Source: a virus
Lineage: Duplodnaviria > Caudoviricetes
DNA length: 64,000 nt
Virus record (IMG/VR): IMGVR_UViG_3300028591_000083
Coordinates: 1-64,000 of that record
Strand: one strand, 5' to 3'
Part shown: positions 49,138 to 58,306 of the stretch, in pieces
Numbering within the stretch: the stretch's first letter is position 1
Layout: each line of letters opens with the position of its first letter
Notes under the pieces: model-generated
Database searches by the model: none
What the model was told of the DNA's origin: nothing
Seen by the model: the letters and a program-made list of their open reading frames with translations, nothing else
Program-made: the position numbers and the translations under genes

Positions 49138-50356
49138 AAGTGTTCTAAGTAGGGTTGAAAAGCATATTATAAAGAAGTCTGATAAATATTTCAACACACT
49201 CTTTGATTTCTGCAAAATGTCTAAGAATTTATATAATCACGCTAATTATCTAATTAGAAATGAATTTGTATCTAACGGAAAATGGTTGAGGTATAATGAT
49301 TTGGACAAGATATTAAAAAATGATTTAGAGTTTCCTGATTACAAGAATATGCCTACAGCACAATCAGCACAGCAAACACTTAGATTATTAGATAAGAACT
49401 GGAAATCGTTCTTTGCTGAGATAAAAGATTATAGTAAAAATAAGCAAAAATATTTAGGAAAACCGAAGATGCCAAAGTATAAGAAATCCACATATATTCT
49501 GATTGTAACAAATCAAGACTGTAAATTAAATAATAATACTATATTATTTCCGAGATGCTTTAACTCATTCAGTATTAAAACAAAGATAGTTGACAATGTT
49601 AATTTTGTGTCATTGCAACAAGTTAGACTTTTGCCGCATAAAGATAGGATTGTTGCTGAGATTGTATACAATATAAGAATGCCGAGAAAACTAGATGATA
49701 ACAATAGATATATCGGTATAGACATTGGAGTGAACAATCTTGCAACTGTTTCAAATAACTTTGGGGCAGAATCGTTCATCATAAATGGTAAGCCACTAAA
49801 ATCAATAAATCAAAAGTTTAACAAACTTACAAGCCATTATAAAGCAGTGTGCAAAAGAATGAATAATCAGTATTCATCAAACAGAATAAAAAGATTATTT
49901 AACAAAAGAAATGAAAAGATAGATGACTATATGCATAAGGCGAGTAGAAAGATAATTGATTTCTGTGAAGATAATGATATACACACAATTATCATAGGAA
50001 AAAATAAAGAGTGGAAACAGAAATGCGGTATGTCAAAGAAAAATAATCAAAATTTTGTTCAAATACCCTTCGCAAGATTCATTGATATGATTCAGTACAA
50101 AGCAGAAAATATTGGTATAGCAGTCATATTGACCGAAGAAAGCTATACGAGCGGTACAAGTTTCATTGATAATGAAGATCCAGTAAAAGAGTATTATAAC
50201 AAATCAAGAAGACTTCACAGAGGATTATTTAGATCAAATGACGGAATTCTTATAAATGCAGATTTGAATGGCGCTTATCAGATTATTAAGAAAGTAGTCC
50301 CAATAAAATGGGATAGAGGGTGCGCGTTACATCCATTTGTAGTAAATATAGTATAA
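49127..50356 (+). CDS. tnpB: TnpB RNA-guided nuclease
   Basis: RuvC motifs GIDIGVNN, EESYTS, INADLNGA. Confidence 0.92.
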   Translation: MKNESVLSRVEKHIIKKSDKYFNTLFDFCKMSKNLYNHANYLIRNEFVSNGKWLRYNDLDKILKNDLEFPDYKNMPTAQSAQQTLRLLDKNWKSFFAEIKDYSKNKQKYLGKPKMPKYKKSTYILIVTNQDCKLNNNTILFPRCFNSFSIKTKIVDNVNFVSLQQVRLLPHKDRIVAEIVYNIRMPRKLDDNNRYIGIDIGVNNLATVSNNFGAESFIINGKPLKSINQKFNKLTSHYKAVCKRMNNQYSSNRIKRLFNKRNEKIDDYMHKASRKIIDFCEDNDIHTIIIGKNKEWKQKCGMSKKNNQNFVQIPFARFIDMIQYKAENIGIAVILTEESYTSGTSFIDNEDPVKEYYNKSRRLHRGLFRSNDGILINADLNGAYQIIKKVVPIKWDRGCALHPFVVNIV

Positions 50357-50423
50357 AATTATATTGAACAATAAAGAAAATTTATTAAAATAATATATAA
50401 ATTTTTTAATGATTTCCATAACG
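50291..50423 (+). ncRNA. putative TnpB omegaRNA scaffold (overlaps tnpB 3' end)
   Basis: Hairpins UCCCA/UGGGA and GGGUG/CAUCC, conserved with compensatory changes in the 19900 copy; 5' boundary uncertain. Confidence 0.6.
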
Positions 50424-50452
50424 TTGACATTCTTGTGATTTTGTGTTATAAT
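50424..50452 (+). promoter_or_regulatory. consensus sigma70 promoter abutting IS607 right end
   Basis: TTGACA-17 nt-TATAAT. Confidence 0.8.
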
Positions 50453-50502
50453 AATATCGAAGAATTATATTCTGCATTACAAATGAGGAGGATTAAAAAA
50501 TC

Positions 50503-50778
50503 ATGAGTAAACCAAAAGAAAACCACATTGTATTTAAGGACAAAAAAGGATATCTTTGCGCGGTAAGAAAAGACTTCTGTGATGAATATGAAGCAGAAAA
50601 AATTGCTAAAGAAAGACTTGTAAATGAATCAGTAATTCCATGTTTTGAATATGGATATATGTATCATGGATTCGGAAAAGATGTAGGATCTGATGAATAT
50701 GAAAATACTTGGTGGTTAGTAGGTGAACCTACTAATAATTCAATTCCTGTTTATGTTTTCCGCGAAAACCTAGATTAA
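50503..50778 (+). CDS. hypothetical protein
   Basis: GAGGAGG SD and own promoter. Confidence 0.75.
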   Translation: MSKPKENHIVFKDKKGYLCAVRKDFCDEYEAEKIAKERLVNESVIPCFEYGYMYHGFGKDVGSDEYENTWWLVGEPTNNSIPVYVFRENLD

Positions 50779-50854
50779 ACTTTTTGATTTCTTCATCTAT
50801 GAAAACAGAATATATGAAAATATCACTGAGTTTAGTGTTAGGATAAGCACTGTT

Positions 50855-51074
50855 TAAAAGACAGTTATTGAGTCATATAACCCAGAAAGACGCTTTGTCG
50901 TGAGATATTAGTAGTCCTAGAATTCCTGTGTGGTTTAAGATTATATGACAATAGTCTGTGGAAACAAATTCCGTGAGGTTCTGAATATTTTTATTCATGT
51001 AAAATTGGCTTGTGAGTTAGCCCGATAACTACCAAACCAGCAAGTTGGTGGAAAGCTAACAAAACTGTCTTTTA
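50855..51074 (+). ncRNA. candidate structured non-coding RNA (unassigned)
   Basis: 12-bp closing stem TAAAAGACAGTT/AACTGTCTTTTA, internal GTCATATAA/TTATATGAC stem, several GNRA-like loops, downstream terminator. Confidence 0.45.
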
Positions 51075-51099
51075 TATACTATCTAATTTCGGGAGAGAG

Positions 51100-51159
51100 G
51101 CAGAATGCCGTACCTAAGATCTTTAATTGATCTTTTGGTATGGCATTTCTGTTTTTTTT
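51100..51159 (+). terminator. intrinsic terminator
   Basis: CAGAATGCCGTACC...GGTATGGCATTTCTG followed by a T run. Confidence 0.6.
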
Positions 51160-51274
51160 GGAGAAACAAGTGCAACGTCATAACACTACTCTTGCAAAAG
51201 CAAAAGATGCTTTTTGATATCATTGATATAACAGGCGGCAATATAGAAATATCATTCTATATAAGGAAAACCTT

Positions 51275-53410
51275 TTATCTTTCTAAATCAGAAGGAGTAT
51301 CTTCTTCTACTTCAGGTTCTTTTGTTTTTAGTTCTTCTGTCTCAGTTTTTGTCAGTTCTAGTTCCTTATTTTCTTCAGGCTCTGCGTCCTCTGTCGGCTG
51401 CATTTGCATCGTCAGTGCGCGGTTGTCGCCGGTTTCAAGCGCGACTATTCTGTCATATATCTCCTGCCAGCTAGGACGATAAGGCTGATAAGCCTGCGAT
51501 ATTTTCCATGCTTGTTGGGTGCAAATCATTATATCAGTTAGTTTTTCACCTGCGCCATTGAAATAAAACGCACAGTATTTCGCATCATCAGCGATATTAA
51601 ACGTTTTTATCTGACGTGTGCCCTGCTCCACTACATTAAAAATAACATTTCTAATATTGTTACCTGAGTGCGGGAGTGCGCGGTAAAAGCTCAATGAAAA
51701 CTCCTGCTGAACGTCGCATATCATTGATATAACATACGTGCCTGCGGGTATGTTTACCGAAAAATCATCGGTAAACGACGCGGGAACGGTTGACGTTTCT
51801 GCGCTTTTTGGACACAAATTTTTCGCACCGCCATCAACCTGCTCTACAAGCGCCGCTCTATCCTCATCTGTCAGCACAGTTAACTCGCGGTTTGTTTTGG
51901 CGTAGGGTTGGAAGGTTTGGTCGGTGATGGAGGCGGGGCGGATCATTGGTTTGAAGACCATGTTATTAAATGTTACATTGCCACTAATGATAATTCGATA
52001 AGCAGCATAATGGGGCTCTGATAATTCAAAATTTACCCCATTTCCGACATCAACCGCTCCTGTAATTTGTGATAGAACTGCGCGGTATGTTGCGGTAGAT
52101 CCTCCAGCAGGGCAGCCAGTTAGCGCATATGATCCAGCGGGTAATATTGTTGTAGCTTCTGCGGATCCATCATAAAATTCAAATATTGCTGCGCTGTCTC
52201 CGCTGCTATGGGTTCCGTTAAGATTCATTGTTCCGGCATTCAGATCCCATGTGCAGGTCACACCATATCGTGTGATGGAACCACCTGCATGGGTCATCGG
52301 TAACATATTCTTCGCCCCAGCATTCGCAACTACTCCAATCTCTGTTTCCTGCCGCTGTTGATCTGTATATATTCCAGCACTTGTTACAGGATTTGTACTA
52401 CTTTGAGTAGGAGTTGAATCAAAAGTTAAAGTATCTTGTTTTCCGGCAAGAGCTGTATTTACTACTTTATTTTGAACTGGATTTGTTGAAGAAGAAGACA
52501 TTGCTGCATCAACAATAGTTTTATTTGCTCCTGATTGAATTCCATCTAGTTTTGTTTTATCAGAAGAAGTAAGTCCAGATTGAATTGTCGCCCATTGCGC
52601 AGAAGTAAAACTAGAATTATTTAAAGCATATTCAAAAGACCATGTATGAGTAGACCCATTATATTTATATCTATTATATAATGTATTTCCTGAACTGTCT
52701 GTACTTGTTACAAAAGCGTAATCATTATTTGTTATAATTCCTGAATATGCTTCTAGTTCCTCGACACTATCAAAAGTTCCAATAAAATATGCAGTATTTG
52801 TGGCAACAGAACTATTTACATATTCATATATTCCATCTGATGTTACAGCTTTTGTACTACTAGATGTAGGAGTTGAGTCCATTGTTTCTGCGGTTGCTGA
52901 AATTTTACCATCTGTTTCTGAAATTGCAGAAATATATTTTCCGGCTCCACCAACAGATTCAACATCAAGAGTTCCTAAAGCAGCAGCAACAGCTTTTCCA
53001 TCTACAGGAGAAGTACCAGAAGAATCATATGTACTACTAACATCATCTTGAGTTAAAGCAGTAACAGAATTACTTCCAATAGTCACTGTATTATTTTCTA
53101 CTTTTGCATCGGTAATTCCATATCCACTAATTGTTGTTGGTTTGCTTTTTAGTGAACTAAATGTTCCGTCAAAATCTGCAATTCCCATATCAGTTTTCAA
53201 AGTTGATGTAGTGACAATATCAGTTGTAACTGGATCATGTGCTCCTTGTGTTGTTTTTGTGAATTTTTTATTTGTTGTGTCGTAAGATACATTTGTTAGT
53301 GATCCTGCTTTATTTGTTTTCTTATCAAGTTCTGTTTTTACTTTTGTTGATAATTCAGATAAGGCATCAGCCCCTACAAATTTCTTTTCATCAAAATCCA
53401 TATTATACAC
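51275..53410 (-). CDS. tail fibre / receptor-binding-like protein
   Basis: KPTTISGYGITDA and repeated DSTPTxSSTNPV motifs; two GAKN..P...QPY modules. Confidence 0.65.
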   Translation of the reverse strand: MYNMDFDEKKFVGADALSELSTKVKTELDKKTNKAGSLTNVSYDTTNKKFTKTTQGAHDPVTTDIVTTSTLKTDMGIADFDGTFSSLKSKPTTISGYGITDAKVENNTVTIGSNSVTALTQDDVSSTYDSSGTSPVDGKAVAAALGTLDVESVGGAGKYISAISETDGKISATAETMDSTPTSSSTKAVTSDGIYEYVNSSVATNTAYFIGTFDSVEELEAYSGIITNNDYAFVTSTDSSGNTLYNRYKYNGSTHTWSFEYALNNSSFTSAQWATIQSGLTSSDKTKLDGIQSGANKTIVDAAMSSSSTNPVQNKVVNTALAGKQDTLTFDSTPTQSSTNPVTSAGIYTDQQRQETEIGVVANAGAKNMLPMTHAGGSITRYGVTCTWDLNAGTMNLNGTHSSGDSAAIFEFYDGSAEATTILPAGSYALTGCPAGGSTATYRAVLSQITGAVDVGNGVNFELSEPHYAAYRIIISGNVTFNNMVFKPMIRPASITDQTFQPYAKTNRELTVLTDEDRAALVEQVDGGAKNLCPKSAETSTVPASFTDDFSVNIPAGTYVISMICDVQQEFSLSFYRALPHSGNNIRNVIFNVVEQGTRQIKTFNIADDAKYCAFYFNGAGEKLTDIMICTQQAWKISQAYQPYRPSWQEIYDRIVALETGDNRALTMQMQPTEDAEPEENKELELTKTETEELKTKEPEVEEDTPSDLER

Positions 53411-53418
53411 CTACCTTT

Positions 53419-54198
53419 TTAAGTTGCAGCATTCCAAATATCGTCAACTTCCTGTGCTGTCATTAGTTTAATACTATCATCAAGATCATCAATAGTTCCT
53501 GTAATAACCTTGTTTTGTACTGGATTAGTAGAAGATTCACTCATTGAGGCATCAACTGTAATATTTACAAGTGATGCTAATTTTTGTTTTTCGGCGGTTG
53601 TGAAGTTTTCCTGTGATAATCCTTTACCATTTTCTTTAGTAACTTTAGTGTTCATCATACTATCAATTTGTGCTTTTGTGTACGTGTCTCCACCGCCGCC
53701 ACCTCCGCCACCGGAGCCGCCGCCAGAAGAAATATTATCATTATCAAATTCAATCTTAATATCAAATGTATCTGTTGGTGTAGTCCATAGATCAGCATTA
53801 TCATTTGTCATAATACCTCTACTATCTGTTGTGATTGAAAATACAATTCCATTTTCTTGTGTTTCATTATGTGCAGAAATTGCATAATTATCAAACAGTG
53901 GAGTAAGACTGAAATTAAAGTCACCCGGAATATTATATAACGATTTTGCATATGGTTCTGTTGGATGAACTTTTACCCATTCATTTACTGTTTCAAGATT
54001 AATTCCAAAAGAAGTAAATACCTGAGTTCCCATATAAATTTTTACATTGATAGAAGGTAATTCAGAAATCATTTGTTCTGTCCATTCTCCGCCAAGAGTA
54101 ACACAAAGAGTTCCGCAATTATAAGGCGCAGAAGTAGTAACAGTAACAGGATATTCTGTTGATCTATCAATTCCATCAATAAGAGTTGTTTTAGACAT
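53419..54198 (-). CDS. fibre-associated protein with shared N-terminal domain
   Basis: Poly-Gly linker; KVTKENGKGLSQENFTTAEKQKL fibre motif. Confidence 0.6.
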   Translation of the reverse strand: MSKTTLIDGIDRSTEYPVTVTTSAPYNCGTLCVTLGGEWTEQMISELPSINVKIYMGTQVFTSFGINLETVNEWVKVHPTEPYAKSLYNIPGDFNFSLTPLFDNYAISAHNETQENGIVFSITTDSRGIMTNDNADLWTTPTDTFDIKIEFDNDNISSGGGSGGGGGGGGDTYTKAQIDSMMNTKVTKENGKGLSQENFTTAEKQKLASLVNITVDASMSESSTNPVQNKVITGTIDDLDDSIKLMTAQEVDDIWNAAT

Positions 54199-54241
54199 AT
54201 TTATTAGTCACTCCTTTTTATATTTTTACATATATTTATCA

Positions 54242-56092
54242 TTAACCTGTCCATACTATTTGAGTTGATGTTGGAGCACTTGTTGATGCTCCCCACGGAC
54301 TTCCTGTTATACTTCCTTCTGTTTTGTTTATTGTTATTGTTGCTAGTGATTGACAACCGCTAAACACACTACTTCCAATACTTGTTACAGAGCTTGGAAT
54401 TGAAATTGAAGAAAGTGAAGAACAACTTTGAAACGTATAGGTTCCAATATTCGTAACAGAACTTGGAATTATGAGTGAAGAAAGTGAAGAACAGAATTGG
54501 AATGTCTCTTTGTTAATACTCGTAATAGTGTTTGGAATTGTAATTGAAGAAAGTGAAGAACAATTACGGAACACACCATTTCCAATAAGTGTTACAGTTC
54601 TTGGAATTACGACTGAAGAAAGTGAAAAACAACTTTGAAACGTATAGGTTGCAATATATGTAGCAGAACTTGGAATCGTGATTGAAGAAAGTGATATACA
54701 ATTACTAAACGCACTATCTCCAATACTCGTAATAGTGTTTGGAATTGTAATTGAAGAAAGTGAAGAACAATAATAGAACACCCTGTTAGCAATAGTTGTT
54801 ACAGAATTTCCGATCTCAATTTTTTTTATACTGTTTAAGTAGCCAATATCTGGAGAACTGTATGAGTTATTATTATTTGTTAGGAGTGAAGATATTGATG
54901 AAGAAGATGATTGTAATACAAATCCACCAGTAATAACAGTAATAGCAATAACATAACTTCCAGTATTTGAATATATATGTTGTTCATTTTTATAGTCCAC
55001 ACTTGTAGATGTGAATGTACTATGAGCGCTCCCATCTCCCCAATCTATATCTAATTCAGAATTAGCATTTAGATATAATTTAAGCCATGGAGACAGTCTT
55101 CCTTCTGTTAGTTCAATATAAATTCTTGTTTTACCGTCAGAAGTAATATACATTTGTCCAATATCCAACTTACCATAACTTGATACATATGTTTTAGCAT
55201 CTGATAATGACCAGTTCCATCCTTGTCCTGTTAATCCTTCATGTGTTGGATTTTCAGGTAAATTATCTAATGCTGCAAACTCTTGTGCTGTATACGATCT
55301 TACAATAGTTCCATCATAATCATAGAAGTTTACATCTTTTCTTGTAGCAGAACCACCTCCGCCACTAGGAACATTAACAGTAACAGAATTATACAAAGTA
55401 GTATCAACAGTTCCGTTTTCAGTAACTTCTGATGGCATTGCAGTTTGTGCTACAAGTGCTCCACTATCTACAACTTTACCTTCATCTTCGGCAGTATAGG
55501 TATTAGGAACATTTACATCAACTTTACTATATCCATCAGCAGAATCATCAGAAGCATTATATTCTCCATTAGCAGTAATAGTTTTTTCAATAAGAGTTGC
55601 CGATCCGCCACCGCCACCGGGAACAATACTTGTATCATCAAAAATAAGTTCAATATCAAAAGTATTAGTGATAGTTGTCCAAATATCAGGTTCATCATTT
55701 GTAACAATACCATTCACTGTTTTAATACTAGATACAACACCATTTTCTTGTGTATTATTATGCGCGGTAAGAGCTTCATTGTCAAATATAGGAGTTATTT
55801 TTAGATAGAATGATTGTGGAATATCATATAGCTGAAATGTTGCATTTTGAGCGATTCCATCTTCTGTAAAAATAGAAGATGTATCAATATCAAGATTAAA
55901 ATCTTTGCACCATTCATTATCAAGAGTGAACATTTTAATATTGATAGTTGGTAGTTCGGCAACCATTTGTTTTGTCCATGTTCCGCCGAGAGTAAGCATA
56001 ATCGTTCCACAATTAGACGGCGCAGAAATCAAAATAGATTCAGGATATGTATTAGATCTATCAATACTAGAAATAATCGTTGTTTGTGCCAT
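54242..56092 (-). CDS. virion-associated BspA-type leucine-rich repeat protein
   Basis: About 7 x 23-aa CSSLSSITIPxxVTxIG repeats (69-bp DNA period), IDWGDG motif, GSPWGA end. Confidence 0.8.
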   Translation of the reverse strand: MAQTTIISSIDRSNTYPESILISAPSNCGTIMLTLGGTWTKQMVAELPTINIKMFTLDNEWCKDFNLDIDTSSIFTEDGIAQNATFQLYDIPQSFYLKITPIFDNEALTAHNNTQENGVVSSIKTVNGIVTNDEPDIWTTITNTFDIELIFDDTSIVPGGGGGSATLIEKTITANGEYNASDDSADGYSKVDVNVPNTYTAEDEGKVVDSGALVAQTAMPSEVTENGTVDTTLYNSVTVNVPSGGGGSATRKDVNFYDYDGTIVRSYTAQEFAALDNLPENPTHEGLTGQGWNWSLSDAKTYVSSYGKLDIGQMYITSDGKTRIYIELTEGRLSPWLKLYLNANSELDIDWGDGSAHSTFTSTSVDYKNEQHIYSNTGSYVIAITVITGGFVLQSSSSSISSLLTNNNNSYSSPDIGYLNSIKKIEIGNSVTTIANRVFYYCSSLSSITIPNTITSIGDSAFSNCISLSSITIPSSATYIATYTFQSCFSLSSVVIPRTVTLIGNGVFRNCSSLSSITIPNTITSINKETFQFCSSLSSLIIPSSVTNIGTYTFQSCSSLSSISIPSSVTSIGSSVFSGCQSLATITINKTEGSITGSPWGASTSAPTSTQIVWTG

Positions 56093-56113
56093 ATGAAGTA
56101 TTCTCCTTTCTTT

Positions 56114-56551
56114 TTAATTTACAGTGATCTTAATTTGAAATGTTTGTGTTTCTTCTGTCCAATATTCTCCGGATTCTATATTATCATCTATCAATCTATT
56201 ATGTCTATTCAAAGCGTCTAAATCAAATATAGGAGTAACCGCCAAACAGCAAGTTTCCGGAATATCTGATAATGCAGTCGCAGAATGAATAGAATCATCT
56301 AAAGATAGAGTAGGAGTATATGTATCAAAGAAAAATGTTTGAGTTCTTTCTTTTACAATTTCTCCATCAATATCTACATAGATATCAAATCTTAGTGCCG
56401 GAAGTTCATAAAACATTTGAGCTGTCCAATTTTCAGTAGTTATACTTATATAGCAATTTCTTCCTGTGTGTGGAAGCTCTATGATTTTTGGATATGTTTC
56501 ACCACGACATATTTCGCCAAGAACAAAAACACTCACATTTATTTCCTCCAA
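56114..56551 (-). CDS. stand-alone paralogue of the N-terminal domain of 53419/54242 proteins
   Basis: WTAQMFYELP...DIP...TPIFD..AL..HN...WT motifs. Confidence 0.6.
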   Translation of the reverse strand: MEEINVSVFVLGEICRGETYPKIIELPHTGRNCYISITTENWTAQMFYELPALRFDIYVDIDGEIVKERTQTFFFDTYTPTLSLDDSIHSATALSDIPETCCLAVTPIFDLDALNRHNRLIDDNIESGEYWTEETQTFQIKITVN

Positions 56552-56654
56552 ACTGAATATATTACATAAATAGAGTTATAAAAAACAAAGATAGTATGCC
56601 GAAAAACATACTATCTTTTATACTTGAATTTGAAATTGTTAAAATAGGTACTTG

Positions 56655-56948
56655 TCAGGTCTTATATTTTACCAACTGTAATTCTACGTTCATCATAAAC
56701 TCCCTGTATTTAATGATATCATTGAATGTTTCTCGCGGGATACGGACAATACCAAAAGCATCTTCAACATCAATAGTAACTTTCTTACCGGATTTCCTAA
56801 GATAAATATCAATATGTCTTGTTTCTTTTTCAATTCTAATACAGAAACAATCCGGAGTATCAATATGTACTTTATATTTTAATGATCTAAAGTTTGTGAG
56901 TATATAGTTTTTACATTCTTCAAAGGATATTTTTTTGCCGAAAAACAT
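56655..56948 (-). CDS. hypothetical protein
   Basis: ORF with GGAG SD. Confidence 0.6.
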   Translation of the reverse strand: MFFGKKISFEECKNYILTNFRSLKYKVHIDTPDCFCIRIEKETRHIDIYLRKSGKKVTIDVEDAFGIVRIPRETFNDIIKYREFMMNVELQLVKYKT

Positions 56949-56966
56949 GATCTATCATCTCCATTT

Positions 56967-58250
56967 TTAGCGAACAACAGAAACCATTTGTGAGCTATTC
57001 AAGAAATCAGAAATTTCATCCTCAGAGAATCCCCATTCAGATGCTTCTTTATAAAACTCATCAACACAATCGCCCCCGTAAGCCTTGAAGCAATTTTTGA
57101 AAATCTGCTTCAAAGGCAAAGGGAGTGCATTCATATAAAATAGTTTAGCATATAAGTCTTTGAAAACTCCGGTGCTATTAAATGGATACAGAGTAAACAT
57201 AGTTCCTGTTTTTAGTCTTGTTTCATTTTCATAGAATCCGGAATCTTCATAATCGTGGTAACTCATGTTATTTGGAACAAAAATCATTCCAACAAGATTT
57301 CCATGATCGAATTGATAATCTGAATAAACCTCGGCATCAGTGTATCCATCATTAAACTTTCCTTCTTCTCTCATTCTGGCGATATCATCATCTAAATAAC
57401 GGGCAACACCATATAGATATTTTGTATTAGTGTCAAACATATCAATGCTCATATCTTTATGAGTTTGCGCCAAAGCATCTGCGATACACCAGACATCGTA
57501 TTTCTTATCGTACAAAATTCTATATGGTTTTGGTTTATTTACAATCCAGTTAGCTATATCTTGCGCTCTATCTGTGCAATATGTTGATGGAGCAATTTCT
57601 TCTAGTGTTTCATTTATAAACAACTTCTTTCTGGTAAATGCCTCTTTCTTATCCTTACGACCTCTTATGTATTCTAATTCCTGAGTTTCAAGATATTGTA
57701 TATATTTATAGTAATCCTTAATCTTACATCTCATTTCATCTGCGGCATCAAGAAATGTTCTATCATAATACAATACAGTGTCTTTTGGTTTCTTTTTAGG
57801 ATCTTCGTTCCATTTCTTCTTTAGATTTTTTGTTGGATTGTGATCTGAAAATCTGAATTTAACGTGTTCATATTTATCTTTATTCTGATTATAGTATTGC
57901 TGTAGTTCCCTTTGTTTCGGTTTTGGAAAATTCACATATATGTATTCAGATAAACCAAGATCTTGCGATTTATCCGGCATTATTGAATCAACATAGTTTG
58001 TTTTTTCCAAACTATCAATAAAATCAGATACAAAGCTATGAACATCATCTTTTACATCTTTAATTGGATATTCTTTTACATATTGCTTTGCCTTAGACAT
58101 ATCAAATTCTTTATCTGGGTAAGCATCTTTCCAATAATCTTTCGCATACTTTATCCTATCTCTTTTAGATATAAGTTCTAATAAACACTCAACAAACTGT
58201 CTTCCGCTATATTTTAGTAGTGGGGTTTCATTAAGTAATTTCAATTTCAT
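56967..58250 (-). CDS. leader-tagged two-module protein (MKLKLLNE ... KKLFINE)
   Basis: Leader at the start and a second leader-like motif internally. Confidence 0.7.
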   Translation of the reverse strand: MKLKLLNETPLLKYSGRQFVECLLELISKRDRIKYAKDYWKDAYPDKEFDMSKAKQYVKEYPIKDVKDDVHSFVSDFIDSLEKTNYVDSIMPDKSQDLGLSEYIYVNFPKPKQRELQQYYNQNKDKYEHVKFRFSDHNPTKNLKKKWNEDPKKKPKDTVLYYDRTFLDAADEMRCKIKDYYKYIQYLETQELEYIRGRKDKKEAFTRKKLFINETLEEIAPSTYCTDRAQDIANWIVNKPKPYRILYDKKYDVWCIADALAQTHKDMSIDMFDTNTKYLYGVARYLDDDIARMREEGKFNDGYTDAEVYSDYQFDHGNLVGMIFVPNNMSYHDYEDSGFYENETRLKTGTMFTLYPFNSTGVFKDLYAKLFYMNALPLPLKQIFKNCFKAYGGDCVDEFYKEASEWGFSEDEISDFLNSSQMVSVVR

Positions 58251-58306
58251 ATGTAAAAACACGTTCCTTATATAAAGTATTGTTATAAAATTTTAATAAA
58301 ATTTGA

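Larger units (their letters stand above)
48351..50423 (+). mobile_element. IS607-family element
   Basis: tnpA+tnpB flanked by AT-rich ends beginning CGTTAT and ending ATAACG; right end confirmed by second copy at 19900. Confidence 0.85.

Noticed and set aside
54400-54790. Periodic repeats as a CRISPR array
   Set aside because: They are in-frame LRR coding repeats without unique spacers; no CRISPR array was seen anywhere in the window.
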